From Octopus vulgaris (taxonomy: Eukaryota), in NCBI GenBank assembly GCA_951406725.2, contig OX597827.1, positions 61,380,001 to 61,444,000 on the forward strand: a stretch of DNA of 64,000 nucleotides, written 5' to 3'. Position numbers and translations under genes: made by a program. Below, piece after piece: positions 38,963 through 51,470 of the stretch (position 1 is its first letter; every line of letters begins with the position of its first letter). Below the pieces are notes generated by a model. The model saw nothing but the letters and a program-made list of their open reading frames with translations, did no database searches and was not told the origin of the DNA.

Positions 38963-39454
38963 GAAATATGTATTTCACTCAACATCACTGCAACCACGAC
39001 CACCACCATTAAACACCGGCACCCTTTCTGTCAAGATCACCAACTATCAAACATCACTGCTTTTCAGGGATCACCACCACCACCACCACCACCACCATCA
39101 CAACCAAACATCACCAACACCGTCAAAGCATGACCACACCTTCATCACCACCACTACCACTCGAACTAATGCCGTCGCTGCAACCCGGTAGAAATAGCTG
39201 CCAAATTTTCCTCGAATCCCAATTGCCGTTTTTTTAAATAACGAGACTTTAGACAATATAGTTCAGAGCTCCCTGCACATGGAAAATAGGCGGGATGTCA
39301 GAGGTGGAACGCCTTTTATCAGAGGTCGACAGCGTCACCACCATCAGCGTTATCCCCACCAACATCTCAACAGCACCACCACCATCATCCATCGCCACTA
39401 CCGCCACCACCACCATTAAAACACAAAACCGCAACCAAAAACAGAACTTCTATG

Positions 39455-39665
39455 TGGTCGCTCGACCTGCTAGAAATAGAAACCAAATCTCCCTCCTATC
39501 GCACCCAATCACTTCAAGAAAAAAAAAGAGAAGTGTGGAAAAATGTATTCAAGGTATGTCTGAAGGCTTAATACTCTATACAAAGACGGGATGGTCATGG
39601 TTGGGACACCTTTCATCATAGGTTCTGCTCAATCAGGGCTGACTGACCCGAGGCTAAACAACGAC
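39455..39665 (+). mobile_element. Dispersed repeat family E (gctagaaatagc.gccaaat...gctaaacaac)
   Basis: Related copies at about 1130-1290, 33370-33510, 40380-40450(-), 58135-58335(-) and 59270-59450(-). Confidence 0.6.
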
Positions 39666-40927
39666 ACTCCCAACTCCCCTTTAGCTGTCACCATCACCGC
39701 TAAATCCCCCTCCTACTACAACACTGTGTTACCAATCACAACCACGCCCTCAGCACGGCGACCGTCGCCACCATCACCTTCGTGTTTTGTTATTGAATCG
39801 TAAGTAAAATAGAAATGGATGCGCGAGCGCGTGAGTACACGCTTGTGCACGTGTCTCTGGAAATTTACGCGCGTGCTCTATTGCGCGCACGCGTATGCGT
39901 GTGTGTGTGTTTATATGCGTTCGTGTATGTGCGCGTGTGTGTATGTGCGTGTATGCGTTTCTGCGCACGAGTGTATGTATATACGTGTGCGTGCGTGTGG
40001 TCACACTAACGTTCATTTGAAATGTGGAAAAAAAAAGAGGAAGGGTGAAGTGGGAGAGGAGTGAAAGAGAAAGAAAAGAAAAAAAAAATGAGAGGAAGAT
40101 AAAGAGGCGAAAGGAAGAAGGTAAAGGAAAGCGAAAGAGAGGGAATGATGGAAGAAGAGGAAGAGGAGGAAGGAAAACAAGGGAAGGAGAAGTATATAAG
40201 TGGGAAAGGTGAAGCTAACATGGAGAGAGAAAGAGGGAGGGAGAGAGAAAGGCGACTTGAAAACATGTCACTGCCACCGTAACCCTTAATTCTGGGCAGA
40301 CGACAATGAAACTGATGATGAAGATGGTGATGGTGTGACGCTGGCAGTGGCTTTGATGGTGTTTTGTTACGATTGCTATATAGTTTGTTTAATCCCAGGC
40401 CAGCCCTGATCGAAGAAACCTAGAATCAAAGACATTTCAGCCATGACCAACTCGCCTTTTTTCTTTTTTTTTTTTTTTTTTCACGGATACAGTGTCTCTT
40501 GTAATAGCAATAATTGCATTGTCTAATTTAGCTTAACTAATTCGCTTTTCGTTTGACACTTAGCAATTTCGCTTTTTCACAACTTCCATTTCTTTTTTCT
40601 CTCTACAATTTTTTTTTCTCCTTTACGTCCACAGCCGGTAACATAGCCTCTCGGCGTGCTGCGAATAGCCGTTAAATCTCCCTCAAGCGCCACTATTCCA
40701 CATCTGCCAATCCACAAACATTTATAATAGAGATAGAGACAAATCACCGAAATAGCTTTTAAACGTTTACTCGAAAAACTGAAATGAATAAAGAGTGATG
40801 ATAGGATGAGTGATAATATAATTTACATTGGTTTTATTACATATACATTCGCTAAAAGCAATTTATTTCATGTATGCATAAGCACAATGCATGATAATCG
40901 AACCCCAGAAACAGCTGTAAACGATTA

Positions 40928-41437
40928 CCGTAAATCCTCGGGTATAATCCGCATTTTATTCCCAAAAATTTAAAGGTCAAAATCCCTAGTGCGTGCTATA
41001 TACGAGGTTAAAAATGAAAATTATTTTCTAAGCAATGTCCGAGTCTCTATTTGCTGTCCGGCAATGTTTATTCAGACGCATTTTGTGATGTCGGGTGCGA
41101 AAATACCTTCAGCTAAGCCTGAAAGCAATGAAGTCATAATAGAATCATCCATAACTTGCAGTAAGCAACATTTATTAGTTATTACTGTTATTTCTTTATT
41201 TTCTGCAAACAAAATGCACAAAAAAGCTACACGTTTGCATCATGTTATATATACAATAATAATAAAGGACGTTACCGTATACAATTTTACAAACCAAGGA
41301 CGTTATATAGACCTCCTTGACTCAAGTTAGAGAAGGGGTGCGTATTATACACAAGGTTTAGGTTTTTCAGAGGTACAGCCCCCTAAAAATCCTCTGCATA
41401 TTATACTCAAGGGTGGACTATACTCGAGGATTTACGG
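40928..41437. mobile_element. Tc1/pogo-type MITE
   Basis: TIRs ccgtaaatcctcgggtata / tatactcgaggatttacgg, TA on both flanks, subterminal repeats. Confidence 0.85.
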
Positions 41438-41559
41438 TACCTGTATTCTCCTCTCTCTTTTTAGTGAAGTTAGAGTATGAACTCGTCGAGTGTCTATCAA
41501 CGAAGAACTACTACGAAGGACTACTGGATACTCCCTTTATCTGTGATATGCTTCTACTA

Positions 41560-41800
41560 TTTGCTCGCTTCGTGCTTTTGCTTGATGGGACAGGGATCAT
41601 CCCACATTACCAATCCCGTGAGTACGGTCGATTAGGTTCACCTGTGCTCTCCATCGCTGCCAGTCCCGTGCCAGCCCCTCTGCATCTTCCAAAGGGATAT
41701 TGAGATTCTCCAATCACGTCCAGCCGTCTGAGGCGGAACCTGCCGCGAGGTCTCTTCCAGCCTGCAATTGCTACGTCGAATGAGAGTAAAGCCCTGTGAT
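41560..41800 (-). mobile_element. Old RTE-like 3' fragment
   Basis: Minus strand GWKRPRGRFRLRRLDVI resembles the RTE C-terminal KRPRGRP..W.D motif. Confidence 0.5.
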
Positions 41801-42643
41801 AGTGAAGTAGGAATTTTCCAGATGTATACCTATCAATGAAGAATTACTAGGAGCCTCCTATCTGTGATAATAGAGAACGGACTTGCCAGAAATCTATAAT
41901 ATCCATGAAGAACTACAATGACTTTCGTTTTCCTGATTTTTTTTGCTTAGTTATATTTACACCCACCTTTGTATAACTATTTTATAAACGCTTTGATGCT
42001 CCGTTAATAACCTTGTGTCCATCTTTTATTTTAATTATACTTTCATTTGCTCGACCGGTACATTGTCAAGAGCGGGCCTGGCCAACTCGAATTACATTGC
42101 GAATTACATTAAATACTTACTATACAAGATAAATTTTTGATTTACTGGTATTCTCTCCGTTTCTCGATATGGCAGAACAATCGCTTGGTGTCAGCTGAAC
42201 ACGAAATGAGAAGATTAATCTCGAGAATCAAGAGATCCAGGATTCTTCAACAACTGACGTCATTAAAAAACAAAGCAGTTGAAATGTCTGAAGAAGACAA
42301 AAAGACAGTGGTACAAACATGGTCCAGCATCAATAGGCGTCATCAGCACAGCCGTTGTTTCACCTTGTTTTAATAGCAGAACGAAATACTCAGATATATA
42401 CAAAAAAAAAATGAGTGGAAAACATTTATAGCCTAGGTGATTTACTAAGTTGAAACAAAAACTAATCGAGGGGAACAACTCAGAATATATATCTTTTACT
42501 TGTTTCGGTTATTGGACTGCGGCCATGTTGGGGCAACACCTTGAAAGGTTTATATGTGTGTATGTATTATAAATACATACATACATACATACATACATAC
42601 ATACATACATACATACATACATACATACATAATATGGGTCTGT

Positions 42644-42687
42644 ATGAGTTGTTATTCCGAATTTCTTGTTCCTGATCGTCAGTCGGC
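42644..42687 (-). ncRNA. Degenerate minimal hammerhead motif
   Basis: Minus strand gccga-CTGACGA-tcaggaacaa-GAAA-ttcggaa-TA-acaac. Same spacing as the 56293 motif, but stems I and II are disrupted. Confidence 0.4.
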
Positions 42688-42705
42688 TGAAAGTCCCAAC
42701 ACACA

Positions 42706-42759
<54 letters not shown>

Positions 42760-43171
42760 GTTAAATAAATATTAATCCATTCTATCGCTAATATTTCCGC
42801 ATTCTATAGAAATAACCCCACTCCTAACAAGGATTGGGATATTAGTAGAGAAAGCGGAAATATTTTAGAATTTTTTATGTTTTTGTTAGTAGTACAGCTG
42901 TATCTAATTGCGAGATCAGACTGACAAAAACACACTGGTCTGGTCAACAAACAGATAATCAACAAGACTAACGGACTGAGTTGAACAATAAATAAATAGA
43001 TAAATAAATATAACGGAACATATATGCGGCCGTTTGACTGGTCAGAAATAGCAACCATATTTCTTCTTAATTCTCATTGCACCAGTATTTGGTGTTTATG
43101 ATTGCCAAGAAGCGAGAGATGTTCCTACCGTTCTGCCGAGAGAAGGTGCCATGAGATGACTGGTAGTGTTT

Positions 43172-43611
43172 TTCAACATCCAAGTCGAACCAATTCTACT
43201 ATATGGCTCAGAAACCTGGACGTTATCAAAGAAGCTTGAGAGGCGGTTGGAAGGAACCTACACTCGCCTCCTTATGGGAGCTCAAAATCTCTCGTGGAAG
43301 CGTCATCCAACCAAAATGCAAATATATGGGAAACTACCACCTGTGTCATCTCTTGTGAAAGGTAGGAGAGTCCAGTTTGCTGGACATTGTTGTAGAGCTG
43401 AAAACGAGGCAATTTCTACTCTTCTCCTCCGGAAGCCATCTACTCGCAATACCAGAGGGCGCACACTCTCCTATCCTGATGTAATCTCCAGGGATACAGG
43501 CATCCAGCAACAGGACCTCCGTAATGCTATGATGGACCGTGAAGTCTGGCGTAGCATGGTAAATTCCATTGTCTCGACCACGGTCGAACAATGATGATGA
43601 TAATGATGATG
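43172..43611 (+). mobile_element. RTE-clade LINE 3' fragment
   Basis: VEPILLYGSETWTL...FAGHCCR...MMDREVWR, then stop and (TGA)n tail. 5' truncated, open frame of about 140 aa. Confidence 0.9.
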
Positions 43612-43769
43612 TTGCCTGAAGTGAGAAAGGTTCTTCACGGCAAATTGGCAGTGAATACGGTCTTTGTACAGAACAAATATATCGCAAACATTTTGGGGCT
43701 AATCTAAATTTCTGTCTATTGGTGACACTGCTTTCACGCATGCGCTAACAAATCTTATAATCTTTATCT

Positions 43770-44129
43770 GCTATCGTTTACTTCCTTCAAACATTGGACT
43801 GTGGTCATGTTGGAGCACCGCTTTGAAAGGGTTTTTTTTTTGTCAAACGAATCAACCCGTATTTTTTTTAAGCGTTCACTTTTCTATCGGTCATTTTTTT
43901 CAAACTGCTATATCATGGGGACGTAAACAAACCAACACCAGTTATCAACCAGCTGTAGGGAACACACACACACACACACACAACGATCTTCTCCCAAATT
44001 CACTCCGAAGGCTTAGTCCGGCCGGGTTAAAGTAGAAGATACCTGTCCAAGGTGCAACGCACTGGGCCTAAACCCGGAACCATGAAGTTAGGAAACAAAC
44101 TTCCTGGCTACAAAGCCATGCCTGCGCCT
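43770..44129 (-). mobile_element. SINE family A
   Basis: Ends gccatgcctgcgcc. Confidence 0.75.
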
Positions 44130-45929
44130 ATGAAGGGGTCTTTTCATCCAGGCCATGGTCGTCACTTTCACACCTTTCAGCAAATTTATGAGAGAACAGG
44201 GCTTTCGTCTCCTTAAAGAAGTTGCTGAAGGATTGGATGGAAATTAAGAATCCTGATCTCGGTACTCTCTATTCTGACCATCACACTATTCTTTTCGTCA
44301 TAGCCGGAAAGAAATCTATTCTTCACTGACAAAGGAATGTAGTGAGGAGATGACCACGATGGACTTGGTCGGCAGCTGGTACTGTCTGTCACGTGACAAC
44401 TGCTCCATAGAACTCTACAAGTCCAACAATTTTCTAACAACTAATTGGTGTGTGAAATACAATTTGGTCGCTCTCTGTGCGTCGTCACCCGTGAACGATG
44501 ATGACTAAGTAACGTGGATCATTCTTTTACTAATTGTTTTAGATGCCTGCATAGCCGTAAGCAGACAAAACTCTCTCGACTCTCACACCCTTTGAATCAG
44601 CGGCACATTAAGGATGTGACAATTGGGGAGAAAGAGAGAGGGGGCGGAGAGAGAGTTGCACTGTCACTCGACCGGTACTAATTATCTAATTAACTAAATT
44701 TCAGCTGAGTAGGTTGGAGAAGTATGAAATGAAGCACCTTGCTCAAGGATACAACGCGCTACCTGGTCAGGAATTGAACTCACGACATCATAATCGTTAG
44801 CCGAACACCCAAGCTACTACGTCACTCGCCTTCTCAACGATACGACTATACCTGAAGGTTTGATTCTGAACGAACAATGTCCACCGATGGCGTTGCTAAA
44901 CCAAGGTCTTTCCGAAATTGTCCACAATCCACGAACTGTAAGTATTCCGGAAGAAACTGCTTAGTTAATCTTCAACGACACCTACAGTATCCTCCTGGCA
45001 TATCGTTGCTAATGCTTATCACTAACCTCTGCAGACTGCAAGAGTTGACGGTCACTCTCCTAAGTTACCCGATCGGGAGAAAACTGTGGACACCTAGTAA
45101 CTCTCCAAGTTTCAGACACCTAATCTTAGCTTACGCTTGACTAAGTAATGTATTTCTATCAGAGATTATCAACCGAAAGATGAGCCTAACAAAAGTGACG
45201 CCTGTCATCCGTTTAGGATTTTATGCAAATATCGCTGTCTCAACGCGTTCTTGTGCATCATTAACCACAGTATCCCAATTCTGCGATACACAGAGTGTAT
45301 TGGTAACAAATGGACTGTCTGACCTGCAAAAGAACAGACGATCAATCTGGTGAAATACGGTTTGAGGTAAGGTATGATAACATTTTAGTGGTGAGGTATG
45401 CATTCGCCTCCAATGCTCGCTCTTTCAGAAATAGCTCTCGTTCTCTTCCTGGGTGAAACAGACCACTCTATTCGTAATTTGACTCTAGTTTCTATCCACT
45501 AGGAGGTCTGGACCGAACCAGATCTCAACTACATTAATAGGACTCTTGGTCCAGCAACAGACGGTGGCCAGTATGGATTTGCTTCTCCAGGAACCGAGTT
45601 GCAAGCTCACTGCTTTGTTCTAGTTAGAATGTGTTCTTGTTATCACTTTATGGTGATAATCATCTCGATTTCTGAGATGTCTGAGCGTATAACGGTGAGG
45701 TCGTCCGCGTATGTATCTGCCTTCGAGTGGAATATCCCGTAACATATTTAAGTTCTGCAACAGTGATTCATGAGACAAGGTACAGGGGTGAGTGAACTGA
45801 AACGGTTCTGACAGGAGACTTTTTAGTCGGACCACCGAGCATACTCCATTTGTATAGCGGACAGATACAATCTCGGAAAGTGGAATCGTATCTGGCTGTA
45901 TTTAGGATAGCTGCCAGGTAACGGTGGAC

Positions 45930-46160
45930 CTATTTCTTTACTACTCACAAGGGGCCAAACATAGAGAGGACAAACAAGGACAGACATAGGTATTAAGTCG
46001 ATTACATCGACCCCAGTGCGTAACTGGTACTTAATTTATCGACCCCGAAAGGATGAAAGGCAAAGTCGACCTCGGCGAAATTTGAACTCAGAACGTAACG
46101 GCAGACAAAATACCGCTAAGCATTTCGCCCGACGTGCTAACGTTTCTGCCAACTCGCTGT
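45930..46160 (-). mobile_element. SINE family B inserted in the Tx1-like RT
   Basis: Near-consensus copy. Confidence 0.9.
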
Positions 46161-46195
46161 CTTACCCTGTTCGAAGGCTTTAAATCGATCTAAAT

Positions 46196-46439
46196 CAGTG
46201 GTCCTCAACCGGAGTCCATATGGACCTTGGAGGTCCACGTAAGATTTGGTTGTTATAATTTTATATCCAATTACTTTTACAATACACAAAATATTTTAAC
46301 TATTTTTTAATATTCATAATAATATTTAATTATAAAACTATAATGGGACTTTTCTAAACATCAAATGAATATGAGGATCCATCTAAGTAAAATAGGAATT
46401 AAAGGGGGTCCATAGGCATAAAATGGTTGAGAACCACTG
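46196..46439. mobile_element. hAT (Charlie-like) MITE
   Basis: TIRs cagtggtcctcaacc / ggttgagaaccactg, 8-bp TSD ATCTAAAT at 46188-46195 and 46440-46447. Confidence 0.9.
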
Positions 46440-47168
46440 ATCTAAATTAATCAGAGCTCCACCAAAGCCAGACTTATTACCAACCTTCTCCACGATGTAT
46501 CACATAGTGTGACGTGTTGTGAATAGATCAACCGACAATCATACGCGTATTGTACGATACCAACGACAAATGCCAGCTTCTTTGCAGGGACATTTGACCA
46601 TTATCTATAACTCCCTTTCAACAGAGTTACGGGCCTGAAATTATCAATGATGTTTCCCATGTTTACGTTTTTTGGGGGGGTTTTTTCGGCAGCCCTTCCA
46701 CACTCAGGCTACATAATAACTGGGAATGCTCCTAGACTGCTGCTAACTGCAACAGATGCCTGTCAAGATCGTAATGAACAAAGATGACATGCAGAGATAA
46801 AGCTTGTAGGATACATCATTCAAATCCTGCAAACCATTGACCTCTTAATAATTGCTTCTAATACAGGTAGAAGGACAGGAGTTTGTAGGGAGCAGGTTAG
46901 GCGATCACATCGATCGTAGTATTTGACTGGTACTCCATTTGATTGATCCTGAAAGGAGGAAAAGCAAGCTTGACCTCAGCGAGATTTGGACTCAGATAGT
47001 AAAGAACTGTATTTAAATACTGCAATACATTTTGTTCGACGCTCTGATGATACGATCAAACGAAGATTCGTTAATTTGCCAAAAGGGCTTAACAACGACA
47101 ATGAAGTAAAAACAAATTATGGAGGTGTGGAGATTACACTGAACGTGGAGAATAATACATAAATACAA

Positions 47169-47205
<37 letters not shown>

Positions 47206-47210
47206 TGTGT

Positions 47211-47637
47211 GGAGGCGCAATGGCCCAGTGGTTAAGGCAGCAGACTCGCGGTTGTAGGATCGCGGTTTCGATTCCCAGACCGGGCGTTGTGAGTGTTTAT
47301 TGAGCGAAAATAGCTAAAGCTCTACGAGGCTCCGGCAGCGGGTGATGGCGATCCCTGCTGTACTCTTTCGCCACAACATTCTCTCACTCTTACTTCTGTT
47401 GGCTTGCTCGCTTAGCCAGTGGGGTGGCGTCATCTGAAGGCTAAAACAATGCAAAGCGCATTGTGACCAGCGATGTGTAGCAACATCTGATAGCCTGGTC
47501 GGTCACGTTTGCCTTTCATCCTTTCGGGGTCGATAAATTAAGTACCAGTTACGCACTGGGGTCGATGTAATCGACTTAATCCGTGTGTCTGTCCTTGTTT
47601 GTCCCCTCTGTGTTTAGCCCCTTGTGGGTAATAAAGA

Positions 47638-47640
<3 letters not shown>
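47211..47640 (+). mobile_element. SINE family C followed by a family B 3' half
   Basis: ggaggcgcaatggcccagtggttaaggcagcagactcgcgg...gtttcgattccc; junction ggtcacg|tttgcctttcatcc at about 47507. Confidence 0.8.
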
Positions 47641-47668
<28 letters not shown>

Positions 47669-48209
47669 TTCTCTCACTTATGTCCTCTATCCTATACAAA
47701 TACATCCCCCCCACCTTTCCCTTCCCCGTCTCAAATCTCTATCTCTTTTTTCTCATAGACTCTCCTATGCAAATAAATTTATCTCGCCTCTTTATCTCTC
47801 TTTCACACACATACCTCTTTCTCTCCCCCTCTCTCTCCGCTTCGTACTCATCTTTCTCATTATTTCCCAAAGCCACACCCATCCTTTCTCTTAAACGCTG
47901 CAAATACATTCACCTTCTCTCCCACTCCTTCCACTTAATAATACCACCTTTCTTGAGACCACCACCTTCCCTCAACCCTCATTCTGTCTCGTTCATTCAT
48001 TTTCTTTACTGCCTCCCCACCCTCTCTCTCTCTCTCTCATACACACAAATCAATCAAGCTTATGTTAAGTAGGAGTAAGTGGTTAAAAAGTCTAGTTTAT
48101 GATACAAAACAGTGAGAGAGAGAGAGAGAGATGGAGGGGGAGGGAGGGAGAGAGAGAGTTAGAAAAATAGTGAGAGACAGAAAGACAGGGAGAGGCATGC
48201 ATATTTTAT

Positions 48210-48627
48210 CTTTTATCCTTTACTTGTTTCAGTCATTGGACTGCGGCCATGCTGGGGCGCCACCTTCAAGGGTTTTAGTCGAACAAATCAACCCCAGTAC
48301 TTCATTTATTTGTTATTTATTTATTTATTTATTTATTCTTTTACTATTTTACTTGTTTCAGTCATTTGACTGTGGCCATACTGGAGCACTGCCTTTAGTT
48401 GAGCAAATGGACCCCAGGACTCATTCTTTGTAAGTCTAGTACTTATTCTATCGGTCTCTTTTGCCGAACCGCTAAGTTACGTCCCCGTAACTTAGCGGTT
48501 CGGCAAGAGAGACCGATAGAATAAGTACTAGGCTTACAAAGAATAAGTCCTGGGATCGATTTGCTCAACTAAAGGCAGTGCTCCAGCGTGGCCACAATCA
48601 AATGACTGAAACAAGTAAGAGTAAGAG
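48210..48627. mobile_element. SINE family A 3' halves, including a foldback pair
   Basis: 48349-48480 and 48487-48618 are near-perfect reverse complements. Confidence 0.85.
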
Positions 48628-48635
48628 TATATATA

Positions 48636-48667
<32 letters not shown>

Positions 48668-48695
48668 ACAAACAATATATAAATATATGCATATA

Positions 48696-48800
48696 AGGTA
48701 TCTTCGGCCTGACGAGCATCTAGTAGAGAACCCCTTGTTGAGTAATTATTAATTCCGAGGTTCTGCTAGTTAGGAAAGATATGTAACCGGGATTTTACCT
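48696..48800 (+). ncRNA. Degenerate hammerhead motif with long stem II
   Basis: CTGACGA 48709-48715, stem ctagtag(ag)aacc/ggttctgctag, GAAA 48774-48777, gatatGTA, outer pairing aggta-tcttcgg/ccggga-tacct. Pairs next to the core are broken. Confidence 0.45.
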
Positions 48801-49879
48801 GCTTTACTCCTCCGATTTGGATTTGGATTCGCATTCATAGCAACCCTAGTTGCTAACAGTGAACAACAAAACAACTTTTCTTCAGTTTATCGAACTTCGA
48901 TATGGGAAAAACCTAAAACCTGCTACGCCAATAAACTATTATTGTTCCTGAAAGTTGTTTATTATACCCTCTATAGACTGCTGGAAGCTGACTAACTTCC
49001 TACACTTTGATCCCTGGATGTGTACGTGTATAATGTACATATATGTATTAGGTAGGTAGGTAGGTAGGTAGGTAGGTATTTCATCAGTTAAACATTAACT
49101 TGAAAGACTATTCGATACCTTTTAGCAGAATGCAATATCTATTTCGTATTTACAAGGAAAAGCTTGACTTCGAAGTTTCAGCTTACTAGTTTGATGAAAC
49201 ATTGTAAACTGAAACTTTAAAATCACTAATCTTGTCAGTGTTTGTGTGAGTGTGTATGTAAATTAGTGTAAGATATGGATTCAGGGAATCATGCGGCTAT
49301 CACAGTAAGCTCTTCGTACGGACTCGGCTATCAGCTACATAATAATCAATTACAAAATAGTGTAATGTAAAGTGTCCATCTAACTGAAAATCCGAGTGAT
49401 AAAATCATTCTGAGAGGAGTATATAAAAGCAAAAAATTCAGGTAGTACGAGAGGTGATTAAATATTTATTTAACCACGTGACTTCCATATGACTACGGTT
49501 GTTTCACAACTGTCTTCATGTACCACTATAGCATTTCCCCTTGTCTCCTGGAAGTATTATGATGGAATTGTCACTCTGTAGTCTTCCGATAGCAAACTTT
49601 TCTTCCTTAATGAAGTCGTACATGAAAGACTTATATGAATGAATTTGAAATGGTGAAGACACGCCATATTAAGAAGTTTATGAAACTCAAAGGTCAGAGA
49701 ACGAAGACTGAAATCCGTCACCCACCTGTGGAAACAGTAATTAATGTCTTTATGTAGTTATACTTCCAGTATATAAGAAATTATGCGCCCATGTGCTATA
49801 TATTATACAATACAATTGTGAACTCACAAATTAATGCAATAAAAGAAAGCCAGCTCATCAGATGATCATGGATATACTT

Positions 49880-50280
49880 AATTCTTTATTGCCCACAAGG
49901 GGCTAAACATAGAGGGGACAAACGGATTAAGTCGACTATATCGACCCCAGTGCGTAACCGGTACTCAATTTATCGACCCCGAAAGGATGAAAGGCAAAGT
50001 CGACCTCGGCGGAATTTGAACTCAGAACGTAACGGCAGACGAAATACCTATTTCTTTACTACCCATAAGGGGCTAAACACAGAAGGGACAAACAAGGACA
50101 GACAAACGGATTGAGTCGATTATATCGACCCCAGTGCGTAACTGGTACTTAATTTATCGACCCCGAAAGGATGAAAGGCAAAGTCGACCTCGGCGGAATT
50201 TGAACTCGGAACATAAAGACAGACGAAATACAGCTAAGCACTTCGTCCGGCGTGCTAACGTTTCTGCCAGCTCGCCGCCT
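49880..50280 (-). mobile_element. Two nested or tandem SINE family B copies
   Basis: Second copy starts at gaaatacc|tatttcttt. Confidence 0.85.
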
Positions 50281-50370
50281 TATCATGTATATATCAATCA
50301 TTCTAATGAGCTGGCTTTCTTTATTTGCATTACTTTATAAATATACAATTTTACTACATTATAACGAGCA

Positions 50371-50677
50371 AGGCGCGTGGCTTAATGGTTAGAGTATTCG
50401 GCTCACCATCGTAAGGTCGTGAGTTCAATTCCCGGCGATGCATTGTGTCCTTAACAAAGAACTTTTTTTGCACGTTGCTCCAGTCCACTCAGCTGGCAAA
50501 AATGAGTAGTACCTGTATTTCAAAGGGCCAGCCTTGTCACATTCTATTTCACGCTGAATCTCCCTGAGAACTACTTTAAGGGTACGTGTGTCTGTGGAAT
50601 GCTCAACCACCTGTACGTTAATTTCACGAGCAGGCTGTTCCGTTGATCAGATCGTCGTCGTAGCTGACGGAGTGCCA
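50371..50677 (+). mobile_element. SINE family D head with a different body
   Basis: Shares cacgttgctccagt..actcagctg..aaatgagt with 8295-8630, then diverges. Confidence 0.75.
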
Positions 50678-50834
50678 ATTATTAATGCAAATACGTACGC
50701 ATAATTTATTGTATACTGAAATTAGTTCTAAATGAAAAAGATTAACGAAATAGTATAATCCTATGGAAGTCACGTGGTTAAAAAAAATCTATATTCACCT
50801 GAATAGGTCTCTGAATTTATATATGTATATTTAC

Positions 50835-51433
50835 CTTTTACTTGTTTAGTCATTAGACTGCGGCCAAGCTGGGGCACTACCTTGAAGGATTTTTAGTCGA
50901 ACGAATCGACCGCAGTACTTATTATTTTTTGTAAGACCTGGTACTTAATCTATCGGTCTCTTTTGCCGAATCGCTAAGTTTCGGGGACGTAAACACACCA
51001 ACATCAGTTATCAAGTGGTGACGGGAGGGACAAATACACACACACACACACACATATGTATTATATAAAATCCGTTCTGTCAGTCTGTGTGTCTTCTAGG
51101 ATCTTGGGCATCCTCCATCCGATTGCTCAAATGTGATATATAGACACCTACGGTATCAGGGCGTGTATAAGTCTTGAAAAAATTTCAAAAATCGATTCCA
51201 GGTGAGAATGCGATCGATAAAGCCAAGAGAACGTGCATTTGTACACGCAAGGACATCAGCTGTTGCGTTCGATACAACGCGTACGCGAGAAAAATGCACG
51301 TGCAGTTTGCGCAAAAAAAGCCGTCTGGCTTGAAACAATGCCACAAAATGCAGTATATTTAAGAGACAAAAAAAATTTGGTTTAAATGTTTGACAACCCA
51401 GCACCGTCCATTGACGGGGAGGGGCGTTTTGCT

Positions 51434-51470
<37 letters not shown>

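Larger units (their letters stand above)
44130..46832 (-). mobile_element. Degenerate Tx1/L1-clade LINE ORF2 (reverse transcriptase), interrupted
   Basis: Minus-strand peptides in RT order: YKLYLCMSSLF, DNFRPVTLL, KVGNKSGFGGALI-NLD..KAF, HRYLAAI, YADD at 45700-45711, LQLGSWRSK, WFGPDL. Many stops and frameshifts. Confidence 0.8.
49448..50803. mobile_element. Inverted-repeat-bounded DNA element with nested SINEs
   Basis: ttaaccacgtgacttccata (49470-49489) is inverted at 50762-50781. Weaker similarity extends outward. Confidence 0.55.

Noticed and set aside
40896-40927. GAAACAGCTGTA half hammerhead
   Set aside because: No CTGANGA core upstream; a remnant at most.
47044-47075. CTGATGA as a hammerhead
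   Set aside because: Followed by GAAG with no stems; lies at the end of a decayed SINE.
47211-47285. tRNA gene (also 19380-19451, 8555-8630, 50371-50435)
   Set aside because: tRNA-like A/B boxes run straight into SINE bodies, with no complete acceptor stem.
48915-48955. Candidate exon 2 (minus-strand FIG codons)
   Set aside because: Preceded by in-frame stops and lacks the expected glycine pattern.
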